Positions 27,913 through 37,847 of a stretch of DNA of 64,000 nt are shown here, piece by piece. Positions within the stretch are counted from its first letter, which is position 1. Every line of letters starts with the position of its first letter. The translations under genes were made by a program, and so were the position numbers. The notes beneath the pieces are model-generated. The model was not told where the DNA came from, searched no databases, and saw nothing but the letters and a program-made list of their open reading frames with translations. Location of the stretch: sequence record MW021758.1, one strand, 5' to 3'.

Positions 27913-30079
27913 AGGCTACGTCACGGTCGATGTGGTCAAAGATAAGGCGAGTCTGGTTACTGTCAAACAGATAGTAGTCCAGGCTCTCTAAGACCAGGTA
28001 CATCGGGCTCATTGCTGAACCGATAATCTTGCGAACGTCGATTGCATCCAGAATCTCTGATGGAATACCCATGGAGATAATGATACTCTCAGGCAGCAAC
28101 ATACGACCAACGTAACTCTTCCCTTTAGACGCTAACCATTTACGGAAGCGACCAGCCATCTCCTGATCTTCCCACGTATTCAACCAGTTATCCGTTTTCT
28201 TCTTGGTGTCATGAATAATGCTAAACGCCAAAGCAGAATACGGAGGTGGTTCGATCAAACCATACTTAGGTGCGAACACTTCCTGCCACAACTCATAGTT
28301 CAGGTAAGGGGTGTTTTCACCTTCGTAACCATCTTCCTCTTTTACACGAGCAGCTTTCAGGTAAGTTACTTCACCGTTACGAATAGAATCGTAAATGGTG
28401 TATTCCCAACGAGCTACCCAGCGTAAGTAACGAGCGAGGTTAATCTTTTTATCTTCCGTAGCCAGGTCAGTGATTTCCTCGATGATTCTGTCAAGGTCAG
28501 CACGTACCCCGGCCGGTGAGTTAGATGCGATTAACTCCACACCTTTCTTCTCACGTTTATACTTCTTAAAGATTACCCCCTCTTGTACCGCCATGTTAGC
28601 AAAGTAGTGCTTAGCACGAGACGTAAGAGTAAAGATAGGGAACAGGTATTCGTTCTTCATTGAGAGGCGGAATACTTCTTTAGGTTCTACAACACCCATG
28701 TTACCCGCCAAGCTAGCCAGGTTGTGTGTTGTGGTTTGAGATACAATGAAGCCCATAGATTCGGCTATGATGATGTTCTCATGGTTCACGCGGTTGTGAC
28801 CAGAATACCATTGTACCCAATCCTGCACCGTAAAGATTGCGGAGTCTGTATCTGAACCTACACCACTACGACGGATGGAGTGAGGGAAGTCACACGTCAG
28901 GAACGGAATGTTCTTAGACATGAAGAAGACGTTGATGATCTCCTTATACTTGTCCAGCTTCTGGTAGATCTGTTTGCACGTTGTGCCCATCAGACCAAAG
29001 CCTTCACGTTGACTCACTTCCTCGTAGTCGTCCCAAAGATCCTCTTCCAAGAGAATGTGTGGGAACATAACTTTCATCTGTGCGATGGTGTCATCATCTA
29101 CGTGTTTCAGCCACGCTTCGTGATCAGGATCGATCTCGGTAGCTGGAGTAACCAAACCAGAGATGAAGTCACGTACTAACGGTTCGTTGTATTTACGTAA
29201 GTGGTAAAGGTCGCCGGTATAAACAATACCTGCACGCTCGATATCCGTGCAACCCTCTACGTACTTACGGATCGTACGGTGAGCTGGTGAGTCAGGGTTA
29301 CCACGACCCCAATAAAGGTCACTGCCCCAACGGATAACTTCCATAACTTCATCCACTGTCGGGATATGGAGGTTATGCTTCACTACCGCTTCTTCCACTT
29401 CGTCCCAATTGCTCAGGCTGAGGATACTACTGATATTGTTCAGTACAACTTCAGGCTTCCAATAGTGACGGTTACCGGACAACAACCGATCATCGTTGGA
29501 GTTAGCACTACCGTTAGCAATACGACAGCACGAAGTCAACACCGGGTGAGTACTACGGTCATGTAACGGACTGTGCTCAGAACGGTGGTTGCCTGAGATG
29601 GCGTTGTTCAGGATCTTTTTGTTGTTCTGGTTGTTCTTGTGGAACGTTGCTTTAAACCCGTTACCTTTACGCTCGGCTTCAAACATCAAGTGCTTCTCAG
29701 CGGAACGTTTGCTCAAGTTTCCTTTGATGTATTCAGAAAGCAGAGACTGTTTGATGTGCGGTGGCAGTACCGTAGTGAAGGTAGGTGCCAGTAACCAGCC
29801 GTTTGAAGTCACTGTACTGATGTACTGAGTAAACTTCACTGCTTTAGGATGCTGATCGAGTTCGTCGTCCCTTTCCAATAACAGGAACTCAGGATCCTTC
29901 ATTTTATTCGGGCCTTCGAAGAGTTCTTCCCTTACGAAAGCTTCGCACTCATCCATCGGAAGTCCGGTTGACTTATGGAGGAGTAAAGTATTCTGTTCGA
30001 TGTAACCCGTAATGACATCGATGTTACGCGTGTAGTGTGACGCAGGACGATTAAATGGGTTCTGAATATTAGCGGACAT
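27851..30079 (-). CDS. Family B DNA polymerase, polymerase domain (phiKZ gp50-like)
   Basis: KILNNAISG (motif B), GSDTDSAIF (motif C), KRY-like RAKHYF, KKGVEL; start moved to ATG 30079. Confidence 0.85.
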   Translation of the reverse strand: MSANIQNPFNRPASHYTRNIDVITGYIEQNTLLLHKSTGLPMDECEAFVREELFEGPNKMKDPEFLLLERDDELDQHPKAVKFTQYISTVTSNGWLLAPTFTTVLPPHIKQSLLSEYIKGNLSKRSAEKHLMFEAERKGNGFKATFHKNNQNNKKILNNAISGNHRSEHSPLHDRSTHPVLTSCCRIANGSANSNDDRLLSGNRHYWKPEVVLNNISSILSLSNWDEVEEAVVKHNLHIPTVDEVMEVIRWGSDLYWGRGNPDSPAHRTIRKYVEGCTDIERAGIVYTGDLYHLRKYNEPLVRDFISGLVTPATEIDPDHEAWLKHVDDDTIAQMKVMFPHILLEEDLWDDYEEVSQREGFGLMGTTCKQIYQKLDKYKEIINVFFMSKNIPFLTCDFPHSIRRSGVGSDTDSAIFTVQDWVQWYSGHNRVNHENIIIAESMGFIVSQTTTHNLASLAGNMGVVEPKEVFRLSMKNEYLFPIFTLTSRAKHYFANMAVQEGVIFKKYKREKKGVELIASNSPAGVRADLDRIIEEITDLATEDKKINLARYLRWVARWEYTIYDSIRNGEVTYLKAARVKEEDGYEGENTPYLNYELWQEVFAPKYGLIEPPPYSALAFSIIHDTKKKTDNWLNTWEDQEMAGRFRKWLASKGKSYVGRMLLPESIIISMGIPSEILDAIDVRKIIGSAMSPMYLVLESLDYYLFDSNQTRLIFDHIDRDVAFMDVDQVDSALRTQVVEEFD

Positions 30080-30195
30080 GTTAATCCCTTTTTCTAATCT
30101 TAAACTTTCATCTATACCATCAGCCCATGACGTAAAAGAAAAAAGAAAGAGAATAAATAGCCCTCCCTCTGCCATTAGGCAGAGGGAGGAGTATG

Positions 30196-30621
30196 TTATC
30201 GTTGATTGATTTCGACGTCGTTGAAACCTGCGGCAGAGAGTGCCAGTCGAATCTTCTCTTGATCTTCTGGGGCAGTGTTCGGGACAGTCACGTAGGTGTT
30301 AACTACCTGGATTACCTGGATTGTATCAACCTTAATCCAAGGTAACCCGATTACGCGCTCATCGCCGTTCTCCAGAGTAACTACTAACCACTTATAACCC
30401 GCAGGGTCATTTGGCGCTTGGCCAGGTGGAAGTAAGTTGTAGACCTTAGCGTGTTCAGCCGCAGCATCGACATTAAAGCGAGGCGTTGACTTGAACGAGA
30501 TAAGGTCAGTAGGGACGCAGTTACGGAAAATGTCACCGTAAAGTGTCACCGGGTAAATCTGGAACGTAACCCGATCACCCAGGTTAAACTTACCCAGGAT
30601 CTTGTTACCTGCTTCAGCCAT
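30196..30621 (-). CDS. Conserved hypothetical protein (phiKZ gp49 position)
   Basis: 141 aa, beta-rich (GDRVTFQIYP, KWLVV, GLPWI), directly upstream of the polymerase. Confidence 0.7.
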   Translation of the reverse strand: MAEAGNKILGKFNLGDRVTFQIYPVTLYGDIFRNCVPTDLISFKSTPRFNVDAAAEHAKVYNLLPPGQAPNDPAGYKWLVVTLENGDERVIGLPWIKVDTIQVIQVVNTYVTVPNTAPEDQEKIRLALSAAGFNDVEINQR

Positions 30622-30994
30622 TTTTACTTCTCCATTTCAGAGTTACTAAGATTTCGCAAGAATTCATAACATCCAGACTTACGAAGTCGAACTCCTCATT
30701 GCGTAGATGGGTGAAGACATCGGTATCCATCAAAGAACGATAGAAGTTGATTGCAGGTAAACTCGAGTTAATTAACCAATCGAAAGTAGGCGGCGCTCCT
30801 TCCTCGAGAGACAACAGTTCAATGAAACACCATTCAATCTCTTTAACGGCTTCTTCCATGACGAAGACGGGGTCGATCTCCAGATCTTCCCCAGACTCGC
30901 TAGCCTCTTTCTTAATACGCCCGGTTATCGCGTCTACGTATTCCCCAATTACGACGGGGAGATATACGCTGCTGTGGTAACATTTCAGAATCAT
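30614..30994 (-). CDS. Small acidic hypothetical protein (array member)
   Basis: 126 aa, overlapping neighbours. Confidence 0.65.
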   Translation of the reverse strand: MILKCYHSSVYLPVVIGEYVDAITGRIKKEASESGEDLEIDPVFVMEEAVKEIEWCFIELLSLEEGAPPTFDWLINSSLPAINFYRSLMDTDVFTHLRNEEFDFVSLDVMNSCEILVTLKWRSKNG

Positions 30995-31370
30995 TTGTCA
31001 GGTATCTCATCGCAATGGATTTAGTTAACCCGAGTATGGTGAAGTTATCAATGAAAGAGGCATCTTTGATTACACCCATGCACTGACGCATCATTACCTG
31101 AGTCAATTCATTCCTTAATAACTCACGCTGCTCTTCGATTATTTCAAGAGCAACATCCATTTTACATTTACTATCGGCAAACACATAGCCCCGCATAGAA
31201 CCCTCGAATGTGCCGCCGCTCATGATATCATCCAGAATACAATGGGTAATACCTTCACGGCTGACATATACCATTTCGTCAGAGGCTTCTACTACAGAAC
31301 ACAGGTTTTCCAACAGCCTTAAATACTCAAGTGCTTCAAAGACAATTACTTTAGCTACGGTGCTCACCAA
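30912..31370 (-). CDS. Small hypothetical protein (array member)
   Basis: 152 aa, GTG start after GGAGG. Confidence 0.6.
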   Translation of the reverse strand: MVSTVAKVIVFEALEYLRLLENLCSVVEASDEMVYVSREGITHCILDDIMSGGTFEGSMRGYVFADSKCKMDVALEIIEEQRELLRNELTQVMMRQCMGVIKDASFIDNFTILGLTKSIAMRYLTNDSEMLPQQRISPRRNWGIRRRDNRAY

Positions 31371-31804
31371 ACCTCCCGGTCATAATCGACTAACTGTAAA
31401 CCGAATGTGTGCCCGCGTACGAAAGCACGATCAATACTGACTCGGCTCAACGGGATGTCGATACGGTTGGCGATGCGTTCGATTTCTTTATCAAGATACC
31501 TTGCGAAGTCAGATACGATTTCCACATATACTTGCACTTCACGTTCAATTTGCTCATAAACGTAATCCGGGCTATCTTCCGTCAACTCGTTATAACCAAA
31601 CTGTTCTTCAAGATTATCCTGGAGATTATCAAACGCTTCTCCATTGGGATGGATGTAGTAATCCAAAGACAACTGAGCAGCATACTTAAGTAACTCCGGG
31701 CCAGTTAGATCCGGAGCGTGCCTCTTTACGAATGCATCTAGAACACTTGCATTCCATCCACGAATCTCGAATAGTGCCGTGGAAGTGAAGTTACGGTTAA
31801 TCAT
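31364..31804 (-). CDS. Small acidic hypothetical protein (array member)
   Basis: 146 aa, ATGA overlap with the upstream gene. Confidence 0.65.
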   Translation of the reverse strand: MINRNFTSTALFEIRGWNASVLDAFVKRHAPDLTGPELLKYAAQLSLDYYIHPNGEAFDNLQDNLEEQFGYNELTEDSPDYVYEQIEREVQVYVEIVSDFARYLDKEIERIANRIDIPLSRVSIDRAFVRGHTFGLQLVDYDREVW

Positions 31805-32208
31805 GGTTTCTCCAACATCAACCTTATTGAAGATTGACTGAAGTCGATAGATGATACGGAGTACTCTCCGGTTAAGTTCCTGGCAAGCAGAACATGCGCA
31901 TAGAACTTTTGAAACATGCCGTAAAAAACGAGCGCGTCAGACATCCAGTTGTTCATGTCCCAATTCTCTTTCTGGAAGAACGGATTACGAACTAACATGA
32001 TGATTTCGGAGAGTTCCTTAAGTATTACCTTAGGAGGCGTAGAGGCCGTAATAGAGTTGATAGCCCCTTCGATCAACAATCGAGGTGCTCCAATGATCCC
32101 CCAGTCTTTACTAAGGCTGAGATAGAGATCGTGGATTTCCTCTTTGTAGTCGAGATATAGAACTATTCTCTTTGAATGCCTCCCAGGCGGGCTTCTTAAA
32201 TCTAACAT
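31801..32208 (-). CDS. Small hypothetical protein (array member)
   Basis: 135 aa. Confidence 0.6.
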   Translation of the reverse strand: MLDLRSPPGRHSKRIVLYLDYKEEIHDLYLSLSKDWGIIGAPRLLIEGAINSITASTPPKVILKELSEIIMLVRNPFFQKENWDMNNWMSDALVFYGMFQKFYAHVLLARNLTGEYSVSSIDFSQSSIRLMLEKP

Positions 32209-32614
32209 AGAGCGTTCCTAAGGTGAGATCAAAATCGAACATTATATCCTCTATAGAATCAATAACGCCGAAGTACCCTGAGGATTGCGGCCCTAGATTA
32301 CGAGACATTTTCTGAATCATCAGGTAGATATTAGTCCGATGTAATTCATACTCCTCTTCGTTATTAAGCGGATGTTTGATCAACGATTTCTCGACCAGTA
32401 CCTCCATCTCATTAACGATACGATAACGTAACCTCATGTCAAAGACAGAGGATCCATCGCTATTTACTGAATAGGTCATGGCATAAAGGAATGCTACCCG
32501 AACACAATCAGCCACGGAGAGCCCATACGGACTCACCATGACTTTAAATAGACTGAGTAGGTTCGAGATATCAACAATATGCACTGACCGATAACGTTCT
32601 TGTTGGGAAGTCAA
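32111..32614 (-). CDS. Small hypothetical protein (array member); start uncertain
   Basis: Track ORF 32111-32731; TTG at 32614 after AAGGA is a plausible start. Confidence 0.55.
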   Translation of the reverse strand: MTSQQERYRSVHIVDISNLLSLFKVMVSPYGLSVADCVRVAFLYAMTYSVNSDGSSVFDMRLRYRIVNEMEVLVEKSLIKHPLNNEEEYELHRTNIYLMIQKMSRNLGPQSSGYFGVIDSIEDIMFDFDLTLGTLYVRFKKPAWEAFKENSSISRLQRGNPRSLSQP

Positions 32615-32918
32615 GGTGCCAGTTTCCTTCGAAAAGATGCGGGGGTAAGCCGGTGTGATAGACGATTTGTTTCTTGAAGAAATCACTAACCTCCAAGACC
32701 AAACAATCAAAGACAATATGGTCGAAACCAAACATACTCAAGTCGTTCGCTATCTCATCAACACGGTAGGAGAAGAGATCGGGTTCCATAAGGTTAGCCA
32801 ACAAGTATTTCAGATGCACCTCAACGTTAACTGAGTTCTTCGCATCCCGATCTACATTATCGAGTAACCTCGTGTATCTTGCCCGTAGCGTTTCTACTGG
32901 AATCAACCATGTCCTCAT
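32571..32918 (-). CDS. Small hypothetical protein (array member)
   Basis: 115 aa, GAG RBS. Confidence 0.65.
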   Translation of the reverse strand: MRTWLIPVETLRARYTRLLDNVDRDAKNSVNVEVHLKYLLANLMEPDLFSYRVDEIANDLSMFGFDHIVFDCLVLEVSDFFKKQIVYHTGLPPHLFEGNWHLDFPTRTLSVSAYC

Positions 32919-32921
32919 AAC

Positions 32922-33401
32922 TCACCCATTACGTTTGTGATAATCGTAAATACGATAGTCACCGTGACTCCGTAATAGAAGAGCGGTTGGTGTAGATTTC
33001 TCGTACTCCAAATATTCCCAGCTGAGATCTACGCCGATCGATCCCAATACTGACCGGATACGAACTTCGTACATGTCGATAACTTCACGGAAGAATTCAC
33101 CTGACATCTCATCGCTATTTTGCTCTTCACCACGGTCGTCTATATAAACGCCTTCGGGATCGTAGCCCTTGAACCACTTCCCGATTTCCTGAACCTCATC
33201 CCAATACTCCGGGGAACCGAAACGCTTGTCCTTCTGAATGATATTCCAGATGATGCGCTCGGTAGTTTCTTGCAAATTGTTTATCGAAATGTTCGGATCG
33301 ATTCGTTCACGGTACTCAGGATACCGACGGATAAACTGTCGTATTGTACTGAGCAAGAACCCGGTTAACGAATAACTATCTACGACAACTAACTTGCCCA
33401 T
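32922..33401 (-). CDS. Small acidic hypothetical protein (array member)
   Basis: 159 aa, GAGGA RBS. Confidence 0.7.
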   Translation of the reverse strand: MGKLVVVDSYSLTGFLLSTIRQFIRRYPEYRERIDPNISINNLQETTERIIWNIIQKDKRFGSPEYWDEVQEIGKWFKGYDPEGVYIDDRGEEQNSDEMSGEFFREVIDMYEVRIRSVLGSIGVDLSWEYLEYEKSTPTALLLRSHGDYRIYDYHKRNG

Positions 33402-33410
33402 TGCAATCCT

Positions 33411-33827
33411 CTAATCCATAACTGAAACATCGTAGTGACTAATCAAGGCGGTTTCTACAGCCAGAACTGGATCGGCTAAACCGTCTACGATATCTGACAA
33501 AGAACGACCCATTGTAGCCAGGCTGTTCTCGAAGAGATTGATTCCCTCAGGTCGAGTGAATAAGTCAGATAAGAAATCCAACTCCTTCATCCTAGCCTGT
33601 AGAGTTTCTTCAGACATCTCTTCGTCGTCGTATACGTACTCGATGTGATCGTTGTAATAATGTTCGTTGAAGGAAAGGGTTTTATCCGATTCCCCTTCGT
33701 AGATCCCTGTCCATATAGCGGTGTTCACTAACGAATAAAGGAATCGGTATTTAGCTTCCAAACCATCCAGCTTATTCAGGATTACTTGAACAGACATTGG
33801 GTAGTCGAGACGGTATATTCTCTCCAT
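33411..33827 (-). CDS. Small acidic hypothetical protein (array member)
   Basis: 138 aa, GGAG RBS. Confidence 0.65.
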   Translation of the reverse strand: MERIYRLDYPMSVQVILNKLDGLEAKYRFLYSLVNTAIWTGIYEGESDKTLSFNEHYYNDHIEYVYDDEEMSEETLQARMKELDFLSDLFTRPEGINLFENSLATMGRSLSDIVDGLADPVLAVETALISHYDVSVMD

Positions 33828-34147
33828 GACTTACTCCTAGGGATTGCATTAGGGTTTCTGTCGTAGAACTCCTCTTCATCTACGTGTATTGCTACACGGC
33901 CGAATGGAGCGAGTTGAACATCCTCTATATCCAAGAAATTATAACCTGGCATGAACCGCCATAATCTCCTGACTGTCTCAGCTACTCTTCTGTTTGATCC
34001 GTCAATATAAGTCGGATGTACCAAATTTAGATCATTGTCTTTCGTAATGCAAAATATGAATATTTCAAGCAAGTCTCCTTGGCTCAGTTCTGGGTCTATC
34101 TTTCTCGCTATACTGATCATCGTGTTGATGTCGTAAAGTATAATCAT
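33782..34147 (-). CDS. Small hypothetical protein (array member)
   Basis: 121 aa, ATGA overlap. Confidence 0.65.
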   Translation of the reverse strand: MIILYDINTMISIARKIDPELSQGDLLEIFIFCITKDNDLNLVHPTYIDGSNRRVAETVRRLWRFMPGYNFLDIEDVQLAPFGRVAIHVDEEEFYDRNPNAIPRSKSWREYTVSTTQCLFK

Positions 34148-34536
34148 TTTCTCACCGCTAGTTTCAGTGTGAATTCCCTTTTCCTAAAATAGATTTCCTC
34201 AATGTACAGATGTCGATAATGGTCGAAGCTCGAGATCATGTAGTCAGTGAGGATGTCTTCGTGATCACAGACGTTATCAAATATCTCGAATAACATCCTA
34301 TCGTAATCGACCGGGTTCCTTCCCGGTAGTAGCATGGCTGCTCGAGGAAGCTCATCCTTACCAGTCCTGATTACCCAGGTATACAACTGCTCTGCCCAGC
34401 CGAGGTCACCTACACTCCACCAAGTGAATAACATCAATTGGAAGATCGTGTTCTCATGGACTAAGTAAGGATAAGGTTTCGTGATAGAACGTAACACCAA
34501 TGGTACGTTACCTACTACTGTAGTTTGCCCAATCAT
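34144..34536 (-). CDS. Small hypothetical protein, first of the array operon
   Basis: 130 aa, AGGGA RBS, TATATTAC motif upstream at 34662-34669. Confidence 0.65.
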   Translation of the reverse strand: MIGQTTVVGNVPLVLRSITKPYPYLVHENTIFQLMLFTWWSVGDLGWAEQLYTWVIRTGKDELPRAAMLLPGRNPVDYDRMLFEIFDNVCDHEDILTDYMISSFDHYRHLYIEEIYFRKREFTLKLAVRK

Positions 34537-34660
34537 AATTGTCCCTGTAATCCACCAGATTCAATTTAATACCAAATGTGCAGCAACTACCCTCATTATA
34601 AGTGAAAGCTACGTACAATTTGATACAGTAAGTTCTAGAGTATAAAACTCCTATCATTGT

Positions 34661-34680
34661 AGTAATATAGTTCTGAAATC
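34661..34680 (-). promoter_or_regulatory. Putative early promoter for the small-gene array
   Basis: GATTTCAGAACTATATTACT on the minus strand. Confidence 0.5.
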
Positions 34681-34706
34681 ATTTCGAGCAAAAAGTCATA
34701 ATAGCA

Positions 34707-35019
34707 TATCTCTCCCCGACGACCGGTTAAGGTCGCCGAGGGAGATAGCTACGGAAGGAAGACGCTACAGCGTTCAATCGTTCAACGTTTGTTTGCAGAT
34801 CTATAGTGCGGTATATCTTGTTTAGAGCCGAATACGATTTAGTCGGCTAATGTACGGAACTTAATCCGCGAGGGGTTGGTCTTCTTCAGACCTTTTCCAA
34901 ATTGTTAAACGGAGCGGGAGGTTAACCCCGCCCAGAGTTTTATCCGAATCCAAGCGCAGCGTTAACTGCCGAAGATCAAGATTGAACTACTTTGAAACAC
35001 GAAGAATGTTTTCTACATA
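34707..35019 (-). ncRNA. Candidate structured non-coding RNA downstream of phuZ
   Basis: No ORF; TATGTA at 35014-35019; at least four hairpins; long terminal hairpin at 34707-34747. Confidence 0.45.
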
Positions 35020-35022
35020 CTA

Positions 35023-35985
35023 TTAGGAGAAAAACATCCCGTCGTCTTCGGACGGCCCAGAGTTCTTCATTACAGAAGAAGTCAGTTTCTCACGAGAGGC
35101 CTTACGACGCTCGTAATCGTCCTTGATGGTTTTCAGTTCATCCATCAGCGAACCCAGGCCATGGGTGTAGATGCTGAAGTACAGAGAACCTTTACCACTT
35201 TCGCGACGGTTACCATACGCGCTGTAGTCAGCGGCGATAGTACCTTCACCACGATAGTCGTCACCGTGCAGTTCAGCAACAGAGATTGGTGCTTCGATTT
35301 CGATCGCTTCGTTGCGATCTTCGGTGATGTCCAGCAGGCAGAGCTGAGGTGTTACTTTGGCGCCGCTAGTAGGACGAGCCCAGTTGAGAACATCGGCGCT
35401 ATCAAGGCCGTGGTGAGTACCTGCGTAGAGATCCAGGATCCAACGCATACCGGTCAGCATGTTGATGTCGACTTCAGAGTTACGGACGTTGCTGCCATTG
35501 GTGTCGTAGTAGACAACCGCAGAGACGTTTTTCTTCCGAGCCATGGTATCGATCGAATACAGAGTATCCAGAACGTTACCGGTGGTTTTACCGCTTTCGG
35601 TCGAACCGACGACGAACAGCAGAACGGCTTTGTTTTGTTCCCACAGCGCTTCGGCGATTTTCAGTGAGAATACTGAACCAGTACCGCCGGATGCAGAGAA
35701 GACCAGGATGTTCAGGTCGGATGGTTTGTGTGACAGCAGAACATCGTCTACTGCACGAGCGATCAGAGGGTAGTTGATCGAACGCTCTTTACCGGAGCCA
35801 TCTACGCCTTCCAGGACGTAACACGTCTTAGGATCGTAGCGGCCGTTGAAGTTGGATTTGCTGCTGTCTACGAAGGCAGCGTTGACATAAGCCAGACCAC
35901 TGAGGTCTTGATCGAGCAGACGGTTTACCAGGTCGATACCGGCACCGCCACAACCATAGATAGAGACGCTATTACGAGTTTGCAT
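35023..35985 (-). CDS. phuZ: PhuZ tubulin/FtsZ-family spindle protein
   Basis: YGCGGAG, VDSS, DGSGK and SASGGTGS tubulin signature, LDSAD, acidic C-terminal tail. Confidence 0.95.
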   Translation of the reverse strand: MQTRNSVSIYGCGGAGIDLVNRLLDQDLSGLAYVNAAFVDSSKSNFNGRYDPKTCYVLEGVDGSGKERSINYPLIARAVDDVLLSHKPSDLNILVFSASGGTGSVFSLKIAEALWEQNKAVLLFVVGSTESGKTTGNVLDTLYSIDTMARKKNVSAVVYYDTNGSNVRNSEVDINMLTGMRWILDLYAGTHHGLDSADVLNWARPTSGAKVTPQLCLLDITEDRNEAIEIEAPISVAELHGDDYRGEGTIAADYSAYGNRRESGKGSLYFSIYTHGLGSLMDELKTIKDDYERRKASREKLTSSVMKNSGPSEDDGMFFS

Positions 35986-36091
35986 ATTTCCTCACTACTG
36001 ATAAGAAAAAACTACTTTATCTGTGTAATTGCTACACATCTTCAGAAGAGATGTAAAAAATAACCTGACGGATCCTACTAGGAGGTAGCCC

Positions 36092-36925
36092 ATGTCAGTC
36101 CTTCATAAAGTTATCTCGGATATTCGGTTTGAAATTCCAACCGATGTCCTTGAAATAGCATTTCTCGGTAAACGAGGAAGGGAACGAATCTCTCCGGGGT
36201 CATTGGACTGGGAGATCCGTAACAAAGTTATCGATGCGAAAGTCAGGGCAGATTGTAACCTTCTCGGTGCTCTTGAGATTAACATCCCATTAGCTCAAGC
36301 GGAAGTAATCCCTGATCCAACTGGTGACTATCGTACCGTGGTACGTATCCCTAAACGTTTAACTCAGGGTCGTACTATTGTTGAAACGTTGTACTTCAAC
36401 TATACGTATAACCTGGGTGCACAAACCATGATCGGTGGTACGTTGAACAACGACTACTCGATGAACAACTGTGGTAACTCCCAGTTGATGAACTACGCAT
36501 CTAAAATCCTCACCTCCGCCGCCCCAGGTGGTCTTACGGGTTCAGCAGCTGTCCGTCTGATTGGTGAGAATACGATTCTCATCACGGACTACATGGGTTC
36601 TGTTAAACAAGGCTCTATTACCTGCCGTGTTTCCCATGACGCTGATATGAATACCCTGCCACCTAGGGCTGTTCCACAATTTGTTCAGCTGTGCGTCTAT
36701 GCAACGAAAGCATGGATCTATAATAATCTGAAGGTAAGTCTTAATCAGGGCTACTTGGAAGGTGGTAGTGAAATGCCAGTCATCCAAGAGTTCGTCGACG
36801 GATACTCGGATGCAGCAGAGCTCTATAAAGAATACTTCAGGGAAGAATGGCAAGCTGTCAACTTCCTTTCGGATGCCAGTGCAGCTGGGAACTATTACCG
36901 AAACCTTATCGGCGGATTCATGTAA
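36092..36925 (+). CDS. Conserved phiKZ-like protein, probable virion structural protein
   Basis: 277 aa, AGGAGGT RBS, divergent from phuZ. Confidence 0.75.
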   Translation: MSVLHKVISDIRFEIPTDVLEIAFLGKRGRERISPGSLDWEIRNKVIDAKVRADCNLLGALEINIPLAQAEVIPDPTGDYRTVVRIPKRLTQGRTIVETLYFNYTYNLGAQTMIGGTLNNDYSMNNCGNSQLMNYASKILTSAAPGGLTGSAAVRLIGENTILITDYMGSVKQGSITCRVSHDADMNTLPPRAVPQFVQLCVYATKAWIYNNLKVSLNQGYLEGGSEMPVIQEFVDGYSDAAELYKEYFREEWQAVNFLSDASAAGNYYRNLIGGFM

Positions 36926-36965
36926 GGTCACAAGTAGGAGGGGAAACCCTCCTACCTATTTTGTT

Positions 36966-37772
36966 TTAGTGAAGTGAGGCGATATAGTGCTCTTTAGGAA
37001 TTTCGAAATCGTACTCAGTTCCGTCTGGTTCTGTTACTGTCGCTGCAAGGTAACCTGGGTCAATATCACCTAAGTCGCTCTTAGCCAAACTAAAGTCACC
37101 TGTCATGAAACTAAATTGACCAAGTGATTGAGTTTGAGTCAACCAAACCATGGCGCAGATGTAGTTGGTCTTTTCTTCATCGTCTTTACGTTTGTAGTTG
37201 TAAAGGTTGTAGATGAAGTTCTCCTTGGTATCGATATCAAAGATTGTAGCGATACAGTCTCCAGTTTTAACCGGTTGATCTTCAGTCACCATGTGGACGG
37301 TAATATCTTCACTGTTGACTTTATCGTGAACAACAATGAGATGACGATCAATACGGTGAACCGACATATCGAGTTCAGTATCGTCAGCCAAAACCTGATA
37401 GTCGCTAACGAACCCATCTTCGTCTACGTGTGGAACGCAAACGACTTCACCAAACTCAAAGCGATACATATCGTCGATGAGGCTGACCTTGTGGACCAGG
37501 AAAGTAGAAACAATCCTCCAATCATCCGTGAACTTAGCGCCACCTTTCATCAACGTTTCAATAATCTTCTTAACGTCCCCGGTGTTCTCAAATGGAACTT
37601 CATAGCCCAGCGGTACAGAGAGCAGTACGGGGTAAGTTTCCCCATTGGCATACAAGTCGATAATCAATGACCCAGGTGTTACATTCTCTGGTTTGAAAGA
37701 AAGCATGAAGGTCATGGCATACTTGTTTTCATCTACAGTAGACTCAGGTATAGCTGAGGTGACTTGTTCCAT
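36966..37772 (-). CDS. Acidic hypothetical protein
   Basis: Start moved to ATG 37772 after AGGAG. Confidence 0.7.
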   Translation of the reverse strand: MEQVTSAIPESTVDENKYAMTFMLSFKPENVTPGSLIIDLYANGETYPVLLSVPLGYEVPFENTGDVKKIIETLMKGGAKFTDDWRIVSTFLVHKVSLIDDMYRFEFGEVVCVPHVDEDGFVSDYQVLADDTELDMSVHRIDRHLIVVHDKVNSEDITVHMVTEDQPVKTGDCIATIFDIDTKENFIYNLYNYKRKDDEEKTNYICAMVWLTQTQSLGQFSFMTGDFSLAKSDLGDIDPGYLAATVTEPDGTEYDFEIPKEHYIASLH

Positions 37773-37847
37773 GGGCACTCCTAACAAAAAAGAAAAGAGG
37801 GTAACAGAAAGAAAAACCTCTGCACACAAAGTGTGCAGAGGCTCTCT

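Noticed and set aside
34750-35019. Possible tmRNA (GCAAAC resume-like codon, GGATTCG)
   Set aside because: No tRNA-Ala-like acceptor ends or CCA, and the putative tag stops after four codons.
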